Positions 50,474 through 60,050 of a DNA stretch of 64,000 bases are shown here, in pieces (the first letter of the stretch is position 1; the number at the start of each line of letters is the position of its first letter). The stretch comes from Nitrospirota bacterium. Its GTDB lineage: Bacteria; Nitrospirota; UBA9217. A program made the translations under genes and the position numbers. The notes under the pieces are model-generated. The model had not been told where the DNA came from and did no database searches. It saw nothing but the letters and a program-made list of their open reading frames with translations. The stretch covers positions 1,440,001 through 1,504,000 of the forward strand of contig CAVTRN010000002.1 in assembly GCA_963737155.1 (NCBI GenBank), given 5' to 3'.

Positions 50474-50790
50474 ATGAAGCACCGTAGTGCTCTGCCACAA
50501 TATGAGTGGAGGTGCTGATCTAAATCAGCTCAAATAATTCACGACAAACCACAACTTGTTGGTAGCCTGGTGGAGATGACCAATATGTGTGGAAAGCCCA
50601 AATGCAAATACACGAACAGCAAGAAACACAGATCGTAGTGCATTGCGGGACGGCAGGAAAAAAACGAAAAATGATTCATATCCGGCATTGGCTGAAAACG
50701 CTGATTTCCAGGGGCTAAGGGTCTATCAGGAGCCTGGGGAGCAGATGAAAGCCATCAATCAAGCCTTCCGCGTATTCTTCCGATGAAACA
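50474..50790 (+). pseudogene. Remnant of a DUF6788-like IS accessory gene
   Basis: GSLVEM..MCGKPKCK....KH motif followed by K.KMIHI; several stops. Confidence 0.55.
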
Positions 50791-50854
50791 AAGCAAGCGG
50801 GTAGACATTCTCCGGAGACTATTTATTACGCCAACAAGGTGTTGAATAGTCTTG

Positions 50855-50992
50855 GAGATAAATTTATTTTGCTTTTCAAACAAATATGTTAAAATGAGCT
50901 ATCATGAAAGCGATAGGATGCAAATTGCCATTTTGCGAGTAGTCCGATATCCGTCGTCCCTCATTGAGGGGAACTTTCCAGCATGGAGTTGT
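50855..50992 (+). repeat. Dispersed repeat R2, copy b (contains extended -10 TGtTAAAAT)
   Basis: Similar to 42798-42936. Confidence 0.85.
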
Positions 50993-51486
50993 GGCTCATC
51001 AGAATGAAATGCTCGATAGTACAGATATTGGGATCAGGCATCAGTCAGATCGAAAACAACAAGATTGTAGCCATTGTTCCGAAAGAGGAGATACGACTGA
51101 TCAAACTTTCCCATGATTCACGATCCCGCCACCCCTTTCTGCGGTTTCTCGCAGGGTTTGTCCTGATGGTGACGGGGCTGATCCTGCTCCTAGCGGAGTT
51201 CATTGTCGCAGAAGGCGGTATCGTGTTCCTTCAGATGAAATCGTTTGTCTTCGGTTTTCCCATCGTACCCATCCTTCTCTGGACCATGGTTGGCGTGGGT
51301 GCCTGGCTCTTGATCGGGGTCTTCCGTGGACGATACAATTTTCTAATCAAGACCGATCGGGGCATGCGGAAAATATTCTTCGAGGAGTCGGCCGATATCC
51401 GGGAGATTCGGGAAATCATCACCAGAGCGAAGAATGAGTTCGGGTATGATATCGATGTCACGCTCTTGGATTCCATGCATTTTTAG
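50983..51486 (+). CDS. Hypothetical two-TM membrane protein
   Basis: Open frame with two hydrophobic segments, co-oriented with the downstream kinase. Confidence 0.7.
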   Translation: MELWLIRMKCSIVQILGSGISQIENNKIVAIVPKEEIRLIKLSHDSRSRHPFLRFLAGFVLMVTGLILLLAEFIVAEGGIVFLQMKSFVFGFPIVPILLWTMVGVGAWLLIGVFRGRYNFLIKTDRGMRKIFFEESADIREIREIITRAKNEFGYDIDVTLLDSMHF

Positions 51487-51542
51487 AATGTATCGGATAG
51501 GCAGGTCTCCGGCAAGGGAGTTCGACCCGGGTTTATCAACGA

Positions 51543-52976
51543 ATGAAAATCGAAAACAAACTGTTCATTTCGAACATCATCAACGGGGCATTCATAATAC
51601 TGATCGGTCTGTTTGCGTTTCAGAACATGAATCTCGTTCTAACGAAACTCAGATTTGTGGAAATCGCCGACGACCTGAATGCATCGTTTCTGACCATGCG
51701 GCTCTCGGAAAAAAACTATTTTCTCTACCACGACCGTAAAGCGCTGTCGGAGATACGCGAGAAGATCTCAACGACCTTGGAAACCATCAGCAGTGTACGA
51801 GAGGATATTTTTCGAGCAATAGGCGAAACTGACCTCAATAACTTGGTGACACGTCTGACGGTCTACTCAACGGTTGTCGAACAAACACGAAAGGAGAATA
51901 ACTGGGATCCGCGTATGGAGGCGCGTCTCAGGGAGGAGGGGAAAAAGTTAAGGGAATTCTCCGATTCCATCACGCACCTCGAGCGCAGACGCGTAAACGA
52001 CATCATCCTGAGTTCGAAACGGATTCTGCTATATTCCTTCTGGGCCATACTGGCATTGGCGCTTTTTATAAGCCGTTTTATTTCGGAGAAAATTGTCCGC
52101 TCTCTCCGCGCAATTGAAAAGATGACCAAATCCATATCGGAAGGGAATTTTCATCGGATAGGAGGGCACCGGACGAGGGACGAACTTGACTCGGTCATAA
52201 CGGCAATCAACTCCATGTCCGAGGAGCTTGCGCACCGCGAGGAACAGATTATACAGTCCAAGAAACTTGCCTCGCTCGGCATACTGACAGCGGGCGTGGC
52301 CCATGAAATCACGAACCCGCTGAACAACATCTCCATGATTGCACAAACCTTTGATGAACTGTACGCGCAATTGAACGAGAAGGACCGCCGCGAATTCATG
52401 AGCAAGGTGGACGCGGAAACGGAACGCATCAGAAAGATCGTGAAGAACCTACTAGATTTTTCTAAACCCAAGGATTCGATTCTGAAAGAAGCGGATATCA
52501 ACAAGGTGATCCAGAAGGCCCTTACGCTGGTTCAGAACATGATCGACGTGCAGAATATCAGTACAACAGTGACGCTTGGAGACGGCATTCCCCATCTCTA
52601 TATCGACGAGGACCAGATCCAGCAGGTGCTAGTGAATCTCGTGACGAATGCGATCCAGGCTATGTCGTCAGGCGAAAGGCTGTTTATCGCATCGAGGCTC
52701 GGCAAAGACCGGGATTCAGTCGAGATTTCGGTGATGGACACGGGCAAAGGCATAACTCCTGAGTTTCTTCCCCATATTTTCGATCCTTTTTTCAGCACCA
52801 AGGGCGAGGGGGGAACCGGTCTGGGACTTTCAGTTAGTTATGGTATTATTAAACATCACAAGGGCGAAATCAGGGTAGAAAGCAAAGTGGGGGTCGGCAC
52901 GACCTTTACTATAGAATTGCCGAGCTATCATCCAGAGGAGAATAATGATGGACAAACACAGAATCATGATCATTGA
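51543..52976 (+). CDS. Membrane sensor histidine kinase with HAMP (paralogue of 35741)
   Basis: RLSEKNYFLY, DELD...INSM, AHEITNPL, NLVTNA, GTGLGL. Confidence 0.95.
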   Translation: MKIENKLFISNIINGAFIILIGLFAFQNMNLVLTKLRFVEIADDLNASFLTMRLSEKNYFLYHDRKALSEIREKISTTLETISSVREDIFRAIGETDLNNLVTRLTVYSTVVEQTRKENNWDPRMEARLREEGKKLREFSDSITHLERRRVNDIILSSKRILLYSFWAILALALFISRFISEKIVRSLRAIEKMTKSISEGNFHRIGGHRTRDELDSVITAINSMSEELAHREEQIIQSKKLASLGILTAGVAHEITNPLNNISMIAQTFDELYAQLNEKDRREFMSKVDAETERIRKIVKNLLDFSKPKDSILKEADINKVIQKALTLVQNMIDVQNISTTVTLGDGIPHLYIDEDQIQQVLVNLVTNAIQAMSSGERLFIASRLGKDRDSVEISVMDTGKGITPEFLPHIFDPFFSTKGEGGTGLGLSVSYGIIKHHKGEIRVESKVGVGTTFTIELPSYHPEENNDGQTQNHDH

Positions 52977-53316
52977 TGATGAGAAGATCGTGGGTGACAT
53001 GGCGAAAATGTCGCTCGAACACGAAGGATACGAAGTGGAGACCTTCCTGAACGCCGAGCCGGCGCTTGCACGGCTCAAGGAACAGAAATTCCATGTTGTC
53101 GTCACCGATTACAAGATGAAGGGCATCGACGGAATGGAGGTGCTCAAAACCGTGAAAAAAGAGTATCCCGGTACCACAGTGATTATGATTACCGCTTTCG
53201 CGAACCTCGATGCGGCAATCGAAGCGCTGCGCGGCGATGTGCACGATTTTTTCCCCAAGCCGGTCAAGATCAAGGAACTGAAGGAGTCTATCCGGCGGGC
53301 GCTGAGCAAGGCATGA
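52945..53316 (+). CDS. Single-domain response regulator
   Basis: IIDDE, TDYKM, ITAF, KP. Confidence 0.93.
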   Translation: MMDKHRIMIIDDEKIVGDMAKMSLEHEGYEVETFLNAEPALARLKEQKFHVVVTDYKMKGIDGMEVLKTVKKEYPGTTVIMITAFANLDAAIEALRGDVHDFFPKPVKIKELKESIRRALSKA

Positions 53317-53384
53317 CGTCAATTTGTAAAATAAGACTTCTTACAAGAACATCATCAATGGTGTCTTTATTATTTTAAGGAACC

Positions 53385-55976
53385 GTGAAACAGCCAGTGC
53401 GCATACAATCATTCTTTTCCTCTCTGTTACGAACGTTTTCGCGCAGGAAAACCATGGGCAGCCGTGAGGAATTCAAAGCAGCCTTCGAGCGTTTTAAAAG
53501 TGTACTCGACAGCAACAACCGGGCCTTGGAAACCATAACGGATATGGGAGAAAAACTGGGCGGAGACTATCTTTTTGACATTGTTTACCTCAAAAAAGCC
53601 TATACTCGCCTGAAAGAAGACATGACGTTCTCCCTCAGAAGCTTCGATGAACTCACGCAGAACCGCTATCAGCGGCTGCATGATGTATTCGGCTACCTCG
53701 ATTCCCTGGTCATGCGCATGGTGGATGAAACGCCGCTCCCAGCCCCGCCGTTGGTGCTGTCTCTTGAAAGTATTTCCTGGGGAACGCCGCACGACGTGGG
53801 CGGCAAAAACGCGCATCTTGCGGAGGTGAGAAACCAGCTTGGCCTCAACGTCCCCGATGGTTTTGTTGTTACGACGTCTGCATTTGACGCGTTCATTAGA
53901 TTCAACAACCTGGAAAGTCATATTGAAAGAATTAAACAAATAGCCGCTACCAATGATGCAGGTCTCCAGGAACTGCAGGAGCTCATCCTTCAAGGCCCCT
54001 TCCCGCCTGAGTTAAGTCTTACCATGAAAAAAGCCCTGGAAGTGATCAAGTCACGTTATGGAGAATGTTTTCTGGCGATCAGGAGCAGCGCCGAAGAAGA
54101 AGACAGCGGCAGCTCCTTTGCCGGCCAGTTTAAAACCATCCTGAACGTCCCACTCTCGCAGGAATCTGTGGAGCGGGCATACCGGGAGGTGATCGCAAGC
54201 CTCTTTTCGAGCAAGGCTGTTTCTTATCAGCGGCAGACCGGTTATGACATTGGGTCATTTAAAATGGCCGTCGGCTGTCTGGTCATGGTCGACTCGGCTT
54301 CGAGCGGCGTTGTTTATTCGACAATGCCGGAAGGGGACAACGGCACACTGATCATCAGCGCAGCCTGGGGCTTGGGGGAAGCCATTGTCGAAGGGAAAAT
54401 CGAAACCGACATCTCCATCGTTCGGAAGGAAAAGAAACCAGTCCTGCTCCAAACAGCAACGGGAAACAAGAGTACCATGATTGTCGGGAACGTGAAAGGC
54501 GGGATCATCGAGGTCAATACCCCTGAGGACCTCAGGCAGAAGCCATGCCTTTCGTCTGAGCAAGTAACGGAGCTCGCCACACTGGCGATAGCCATCGAAC
54601 GTTACTTCGGCTCTCCGCAGGACATAGAATGGGCCATGGATAAGAGGGGCGCCCTTTTCATTCTCCAGGCACGGCCGCTGAAAGTGAAGGCAAAAAGCTT
54701 GCAATCCGAAGATATTCTGACAGAGAATTCCGTTTCAGATGCCATACATCCGGCAATCCTGCGCGATCAAGGGTTCGTGGTTCAGAGAGGCGCGGGAGCA
54801 GGAAAGATTTTCGTCGTAACAAATCCCTCTGACAGCATGATACTGCCAAAAGGTGCTGTTCTGGTAGCGAAACACGATTCATCGCTCTTTGTCAGAATAA
54901 TGCCTTACGTATCGGCGATCATCACGGAAACGGGCTCGCAGACCAGCCACATGGCCGCGCTCTGCAGGGAGTTGAAAATTCCGACAATTGTAAATGTTCC
55001 GAACGCGATGGAGATCCTGAAACATGGACAGGATATTACCGTCATCGCTGGAAACGACAACAAAATGTCGGTATACCGTGGAATTATCCGAGATGTACTC
55101 ATGAAGTCGGGACAGGATTTTAGCCGGATGGAGGACGTCTATGAGTTTCGTAAAAAACGGTATATGCTGAGATATCTTTCTCCCCTGAACCTTATTGATC
55201 CGCTCATGGATGAGTTCACCCCCGAGCGCTGCAGAACCATGCACGACATCCTCCGTTTCATGCATGAGAAAGCCGTAGCCGAACTGGTGGAGCGCGCGCG
55301 GGGAGGAAGTGCAACCCTCAAAAAGCGCGGCGCGGTCACGCGGCTTGACCTTCCCGTGCCAGCGGGGATTCTTGTCATGGATATGGGCGGCGGCCTGGAG
55401 CTGAGCGGACGAGATGGAGCGGCGACCTTCGACCAGATCACCTCGATTCCCTTCCGGGCGATCATAGGGGGAATGATTCGTCCGGGTGCATGGCATTCCG
55501 ATGCCGTAGCACTCAAAACGAGTGATTTTTTATCGAGCATGATGCGGATGCCAGACATTACGAATACCACAGACAGTACGGCGGGATACAATGTAGCGAT
55601 TATCTCACGGGAATATGTGAACATGAGCATCAGGTTCGGATACCATTTCAACATGGTGGACTGCTATAGCAGCGAGACGACGAAAAACAACCACATATAT
55701 TTTCGTTTTGCCGGAGGGGCAACGGACTTGACAAAGCGGTCGAGGAGGCTAGAACTCATCGCACGGGTTCTCACTTCATACGGTTTCAATATTAAAATAA
55801 AGGGAGACCTTCTAATTGCCCGACTTGCTGGGATCAATCAGACGGAAATGGGAAAAGTGCTCGACCAGACCGGTCGTTTAATTGCCTTCGCCCGTCAGCT
55901 CGATGCCGTGCTTCATGACGATGCCGCTGTCGAACGGTATGCTAACAATTTTCTTGACGGCACTTATGAATTATGA
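53385..55976 (+). CDS. PEP synthase/dikinase-like protein (ATP-grasp + phospho-His domain + non-canonical C-terminus)
   Basis: VGGK, AIRSSA..ED..SFAGQF, GLGE, PQDIEWA, ILQARP, TSHMAALCRE. Confidence 0.9.
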   Translation: MKQPVRIQSFFSSLLRTFSRRKTMGSREEFKAAFERFKSVLDSNNRALETITDMGEKLGGDYLFDIVYLKKAYTRLKEDMTFSLRSFDELTQNRYQRLHDVFGYLDSLVMRMVDETPLPAPPLVLSLESISWGTPHDVGGKNAHLAEVRNQLGLNVPDGFVVTTSAFDAFIRFNNLESHIERIKQIAATNDAGLQELQELILQGPFPPELSLTMKKALEVIKSRYGECFLAIRSSAEEEDSGSSFAGQFKTILNVPLSQESVERAYREVIASLFSSKAVSYQRQTGYDIGSFKMAVGCLVMVDSASSGVVYSTMPEGDNGTLIISAAWGLGEAIVEGKIETDISIVRKEKKPVLLQTATGNKSTMIVGNVKGGIIEVNTPEDLRQKPCLSSEQVTELATLAIAIERYFGSPQDIEWAMDKRGALFILQARPLKVKAKSLQSEDILTENSVSDAIHPAILRDQGFVVQRGAGAGKIFVVTNPSDSMILPKGAVLVAKHDSSLFVRIMPYVSAIITETGSQTSHMAALCRELKIPTIVNVPNAMEILKHGQDITVIAGNDNKMSVYRGIIRDVLMKSGQDFSRMEDVYEFRKKRYMLRYLSPLNLIDPLMDEFTPERCRTMHDILRFMHEKAVAELVERARGGSATLKKRGAVTRLDLPVPAGILVMDMGGGLELSGRDGAATFDQITSIPFRAIIGGMIRPGAWHSDAVALKTSDFLSSMMRMPDITNTTDSTAGYNVAIISREYVNMSIRFGYHFNMVDCYSSETTKNNHIYFRFAGGATDLTKRSRRLELIARVLTSYGFNIKIKGDLLIARLAGINQTEMGKVLDQTGRLIAFARQLDAVLHDDAAVERYANNFLDGTYEL

Positions 55977-56240
55977 CTTGGCGAATGCCCAACACACCCA
56001 TCCTTAATATTCCGAAACGCTATGCTGCACGCACATAGAGAATCCAGACTCCCTCATGACAATGTGTGGATAAGTCAATGAGATTGGAAGTAATCGCAAA
56101 TGTTTTTCTAAGAGTTTTAAGATATATTGAATATGGCAGTCCAGTTATGGTATAGTTGCTTGTCCTTGCTAGACTCGCTGTTCTTGTTTGCTTCTTTATA
56201 GGGCAAGACACAGGAATTAGAGGCGGGATAAAAACTATTT

Positions 56241-56618
56241 ATGATGGAACACCCGAAAAATATACTGGTTGCGGATGATGAAGCCGGCATTCGCGAGTTT
56301 CTCACTAAGACCCTTAATGAGAATGGTTTTCATGCAATCGCGGCAAAGGACGGAGTGGAAGCATTGCGACTGGTGGACGCTTCGGAGGAGCCAATCGACG
56401 TTTTGATTATTGATGTAGTTATGCCTCGCTTGAACGGAAAGGAACTGGCCAGCACCATACAATCTCATCATCCAGAGATGAAAATAATTCTGATATCGGG
56501 ATACCCGGATGATTTTCTTGCCCGATACGGAGTTCCAACCGAAAGAATCCGTTATCTGAAAAAGCCCTTCACTGCGACCACCTTACTGGAAACGGTTCGC
56601 GATGAACTCAATCGATAG
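56241..56618 (+). CDS. Single-domain response regulator
   Basis: VADDE, DVVMP..NG, ISGY, KPF. Confidence 0.9.
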   Translation: MMEHPKNILVADDEAGIREFLTKTLNENGFHAIAAKDGVEALRLVDASEEPIDVLIIDVVMPRLNGKELASTIQSHHPEMKIILISGYPDDFLARYGVPTERIRYLKKPFTATTLLETVRDELNR

Positions 56619-56763
56619 AATGGTATCCTACCGAACCGAAGGGATTGAAGGCAAGCCGAAATATTCAAATTTGTGTGAATTCTCAATTAAGGAAGGCCTC
56701 CCTTCGATTCACGGAAACAAAGTAACCTCCAACTAGGAGTCCATTCCCAGGAAGAGTGACAGT

Positions 56764-57165
56764 ATGCAAAACAAGATTGTCGTGCGTTATCAGGACGGCC
56801 GCTTGCTTAAAGGGTTCACTGCTGATTTTATGCCGTCGAAGGATGTTTTCCACATAGTTCCGACGGATGCGCCTCTTGGCGCTAAACCCATGACCATCAA
56901 TATGCGCGAGTTAAAAGCGGTCTTCTTCGTGAAGGATTTCGTTGGAAATTCACTGTACGATGATAAAAAAGACTTCGATCCCGCTAAACCGGTTTCTGGC
57001 AAAAAGATTAAAGTGGCATTCAGAGACGGTGAAACGCTGGTCGGCACGACCCAAGGGTACCAGCCCGGGAGGCAGGGCTTCTTCGTTTTTCCCGCTGATA
57101 CGCAATCCAATATAGAAAGATTTTACGTTGTTACCCAAGCCACAAGTTCGGTCTCATTTCTTTAA
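56764..57165 (+). CDS. Conserved hypothetical protein with internal duplication (DUF6982-like)
   Basis: KIVVRYQDGRLLKG and KIKVAFRDGETLVG half-repeats, KAVFFVKDF.G. Confidence 0.75.
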   Translation: MQNKIVVRYQDGRLLKGFTADFMPSKDVFHIVPTDAPLGAKPMTINMRELKAVFFVKDFVGNSLYDDKKDFDPAKPVSGKKIKVAFRDGETLVGTTQGYQPGRQGFFVFPADTQSNIERFYVVTQATSSVSFL

Positions 57166-57524
57166 TTCCGGCCGGGTCTTTTTTCTTCGGCGACTGCGAG
57201 TAGAACAACCAGAAGTCGTTACCCGCTGGTGTTCGAAAAATACCAAGTGCATTCTAATCCTTCCCCATGCCTCAGCATTCTACCTTTTCCCAAAACAAGA
57301 GACTCTTTACAAGGGGAATATTCTTGCAAAAGCCCTCCACCGTGATCGACTCAGCCCTAAAGGCCCGACATCGTGATCTATTGGAATGTCGTCATGCGAC
57401 GATCAGCGAACTCTCCTTGGAGACCGAACTGACCCGAGAGAAAGCGAGGAGAGCCACCTTTGGCCGGTAACGACGATGTCGAACAATATGTTTCAACGAT
57501 CATTGCCCACCGACGTCTGTTGCT

Positions 57525-57560
57525 AAAAAAGGGCCGGGAAGAAAGGTCCTCCCGGTCCTT
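57525..57560 (-). terminator. Rho-independent terminator of ompA
   Basis: GGGCCGGGA/TCCCGGTCC stem with A6 on the + strand (U tract on -). Confidence 0.7.
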
Positions 57561-57575
57561 CGTTGATGCGCGTGT

Positions 57576-58361
57576 TCACTGTGTTACGGTTTCTATGACT
57601 GCTTCGATGCGTCGATTTTTCTGTCGTCCTTCGGCAGTTGTGTTATCAGCCACAGGCAGCGATGAACCGAATCCCTTGGCACTTAAGCGCTCAGGGGCAA
57701 TTCCAAACTTTTGGATCAGGTAGGTCCTGACGTTTTCCGCGCGTTGCGTTGAAAGTCGAAGGTTGAATTTTTCTTTTCCCACATTGTCCGTATGACCTTC
57801 TATCATCGCTTTGGTCTGTGGATAGGCATTCATGAAGTCGGCCACCTTTTTAATTATTTCGTCATACTGGGGTCTAATGTTAGCTTTCCCGGAATCAAAT
57901 TCTATTTCCAGAGTAATACTGACTTTTTTCGGGGCTGGTGCGACCGGGGCTGGTGGAACAGGTGCTTCAACGACCGGCGCTTTTTCCGGAATAATTACTT
58001 TCTCTTCAACCTTCGGTGCAGGTGGTGCCTCAGTTACTGGTTTCGCAGGACAAAGAGCCTTGATTTTTACGATTGCATCTTGAGCCAGATTGATCGCTTC
58101 TTGCGTATGACATGCCTCGTAGACCTGGTATGCCTTGTCTACTATATCTTTTGCAGCATCAAATTCTGCCGGACATTCCTTGTCTTTGCCCGCCATGCGA
58201 GCTTCATCCAAGGCCCGAGATGCTTCCGGTAGCGGCTTGTGATAGTAAAGCCATTTATTCCTGCCCTGCGGTCCCATTTCCAGGGAGGAACAGCCAATTA
58301 TCAATGTCATAAGGAACATGACAATTACGCCTGTGAACATACTTTTTGTTATTGTTCCCAT
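57576..58361 (-). CDS. OmpA/Pal C-terminal-domain lipoprotein
   Basis: Lipobox LIIGC, Pro-rich linker, FDSGK, IEGHTD, NL.LS.QRA, NRRIE; GGAGG RBS before ATG 58361. Confidence 0.9.
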   Translation of the reverse strand: MGTITKSMFTGVIVMFLMTLIIGCSSLEMGPQGRNKWLYYHKPLPEASRALDEARMAGKDKECPAEFDAAKDIVDKAYQVYEACHTQEAINLAQDAIVKIKALCPAKPVTEAPPAPKVEEKVIIPEKAPVVEAPVPPAPVAPAPKKVSITLEIEFDSGKANIRPQYDEIIKKVADFMNAYPQTKAMIEGHTDNVGKEKFNLRLSTQRAENVRTYLIQKFGIAPERLSAKGFGSSLPVADNTTAEGRQKNRRIEAVIETVTQ

Positions 58362-58713
58362 CTTTACCCCTCCGGCAGAATTTAATGATGAACATATTGT
58401 TTTCATGGTATGGGCTCCTTTTCTTGACATTATGTTCGGTTGATAATCTATTGGGCTACTAAGCTCCGCAGTCTTGAAAGTTTCTGATCGCGCAACTGCG
58501 ATTGTGGTCACATGTAAAAAATGGATGAGCCCCCACCTATCTTGTAACCGCTAACCAACCCAGGTTCACACAAAATTATTAGTTCCATCTCAACTATTCA
58601 CAACATATGATCATCCTCTCAATCTACCCCTTAGATTCACTTCCGGCTAGCGCATACTAACATCTGCCAGGGGCGAGCTGGTAATCCCGTCGTCCTTTAT
58701 AAAAAACATCCTT

Positions 58714-59250
58714 GAATACCCAGCAGCTTGCTGCTGGGATGAAAAGGATATCCTGACGAAGTCAGGATGATTTTCTGATACAATACGGGTCATGAGCCCA
58801 TTGAGAAGAAGCAGACATTGTGTCTATGATCTCAAGTACCATTTCGTATGGATACCGAAATATCGTAAAAAACTGTTCGACGATCGCATGACGAAACGAT
58901 TGAAAGAAATCTTTCGTGAGATAGCTGAACAGTACGATTTGGAAATAGATACGATTGAAGTCATGGATGACCATGTACACTTGTTTTTGGTTGTTCCCCG
59001 AAGTATGCGCCTGCGAAGGTAGTACAAATGATTAAAAGTATCTCCGCCAGAATAATGTTCCAAGAGTTCCCGGAGATAAAGAAAAAGCTCTGGGGAGGGG
59101 AACTGTGGAACGATGGTTACTTTGTCCGTTCGGTTGGCGACAAAATAACGGCGGAAGTGATTAGAAACTATATTCGGTATCAGCATGATGAGCAAATAGG
59201 TTTTAGATTCTAGTCAAAATGCCTCGCAGCTTGCTGCGGGGTTATTTACT
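58714..59250 (+). mobile_element. tnpA: IS200/IS605-family element; tnpA 58792-59213 frameshifted at the C4 run 58996-58999
   Basis: H.VYDLKYHFVWIPKYR, DHVHL (HUH), LWGGELW.DGYF.RSVG, YI..Q; terminal hairpins 58719-58738 and 59222-59241. Confidence 0.92.
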
Positions 59251-59590
59251 TGTATTCCCCGCAGTTTGCTGCGAGGTATTGATTTTCTCGATGTCTCTAG
59301 AGATTCTCTTTGAACCTTCTCACCGTTTAAGTTCTCGACGAATATAGCGGCTAGATCTTTTGATCACGTTCACGAAAATTATTGAATGGTTTATGAATGA
59401 AATAGGTCCCGTGCGGTAATGGGGACTTAATTGAAACATGCTTAATTATAGCGCAAGTACATGTCTTGTTTGATATGAATAGAAGAGTAAAATTCCCCCA
59501 AAAGGGATAAATACTACTTTAGTACTCTTTATTCAGGTTGCTTTTACTGCTTGTAGTTGTACTCAACCACTAGTAGCTTATTCATAACCC

Positions 59591-59938
59591 CTATCCTGGA
59601 GATTGGCCTGCTTCGAGTAGGCTGATGATAGGTTCATCAGGATGGGGGAGACCGGCTATCTTCCATGCTACCAGCGGGTTGAAGAATTTCTCCGATATGC
59701 AGTCCTTTGGAGCATGGATATTCCTGCAGATCGAATGAACAATGGGGAAGAAGTTGTAGGTTTTGTAGTGGTCACGGATGAATTTCAGCATCGCAATGTT
59801 TTCAGGGCTCAAGTTCATAATCCCTGCTCTTGCCGCCAGTTCACGCGCCACTTTTTCATCCCAGTCGTTCAAATTGACAAGATACCCATCGTTATCTACG
59901 GCGATTATTCTCTCTTTATCATGTTTCACTACAGTCAT
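59591..59938 (-). CDS. DsrC/TusE-family homologue lacking the C-terminal cysteines
   Basis: VDNDGYLVN.NDWDE.VA..LA, FIRDHY, KIAGLP.P, but ends DEPIISLLEAGQSPG. Confidence 0.88.
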   Translation of the reverse strand: MTVVKHDKERIIAVDNDGYLVNLNDWDEKVARELAARAGIMNLSPENIAMLKFIRDHYKTYNFFPIVHSICRNIHAPKDCISEKFFNPLVAWKIAGLPHPDEPIISLLEAGQSPG

Positions 59939-59983
59939 AAGCTTACTTACTCCTTCGAATAACTATGAACATCTTTTAATATA

Positions 59984-60012
59984 ATTTTATATCTCATTTA
60001 TGGAGCTGTCAA
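59984..60012 (-). promoter_or_regulatory. Sigma70-type promoter for the DsrC-like gene
   Basis: Minus strand TTGACA-17 bp-TAAAAT. Confidence 0.65.
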
Positions 60013-60050
60013 TGCAGGACAAAGTCTTATAAAGGACATTGTTAGCTGCA

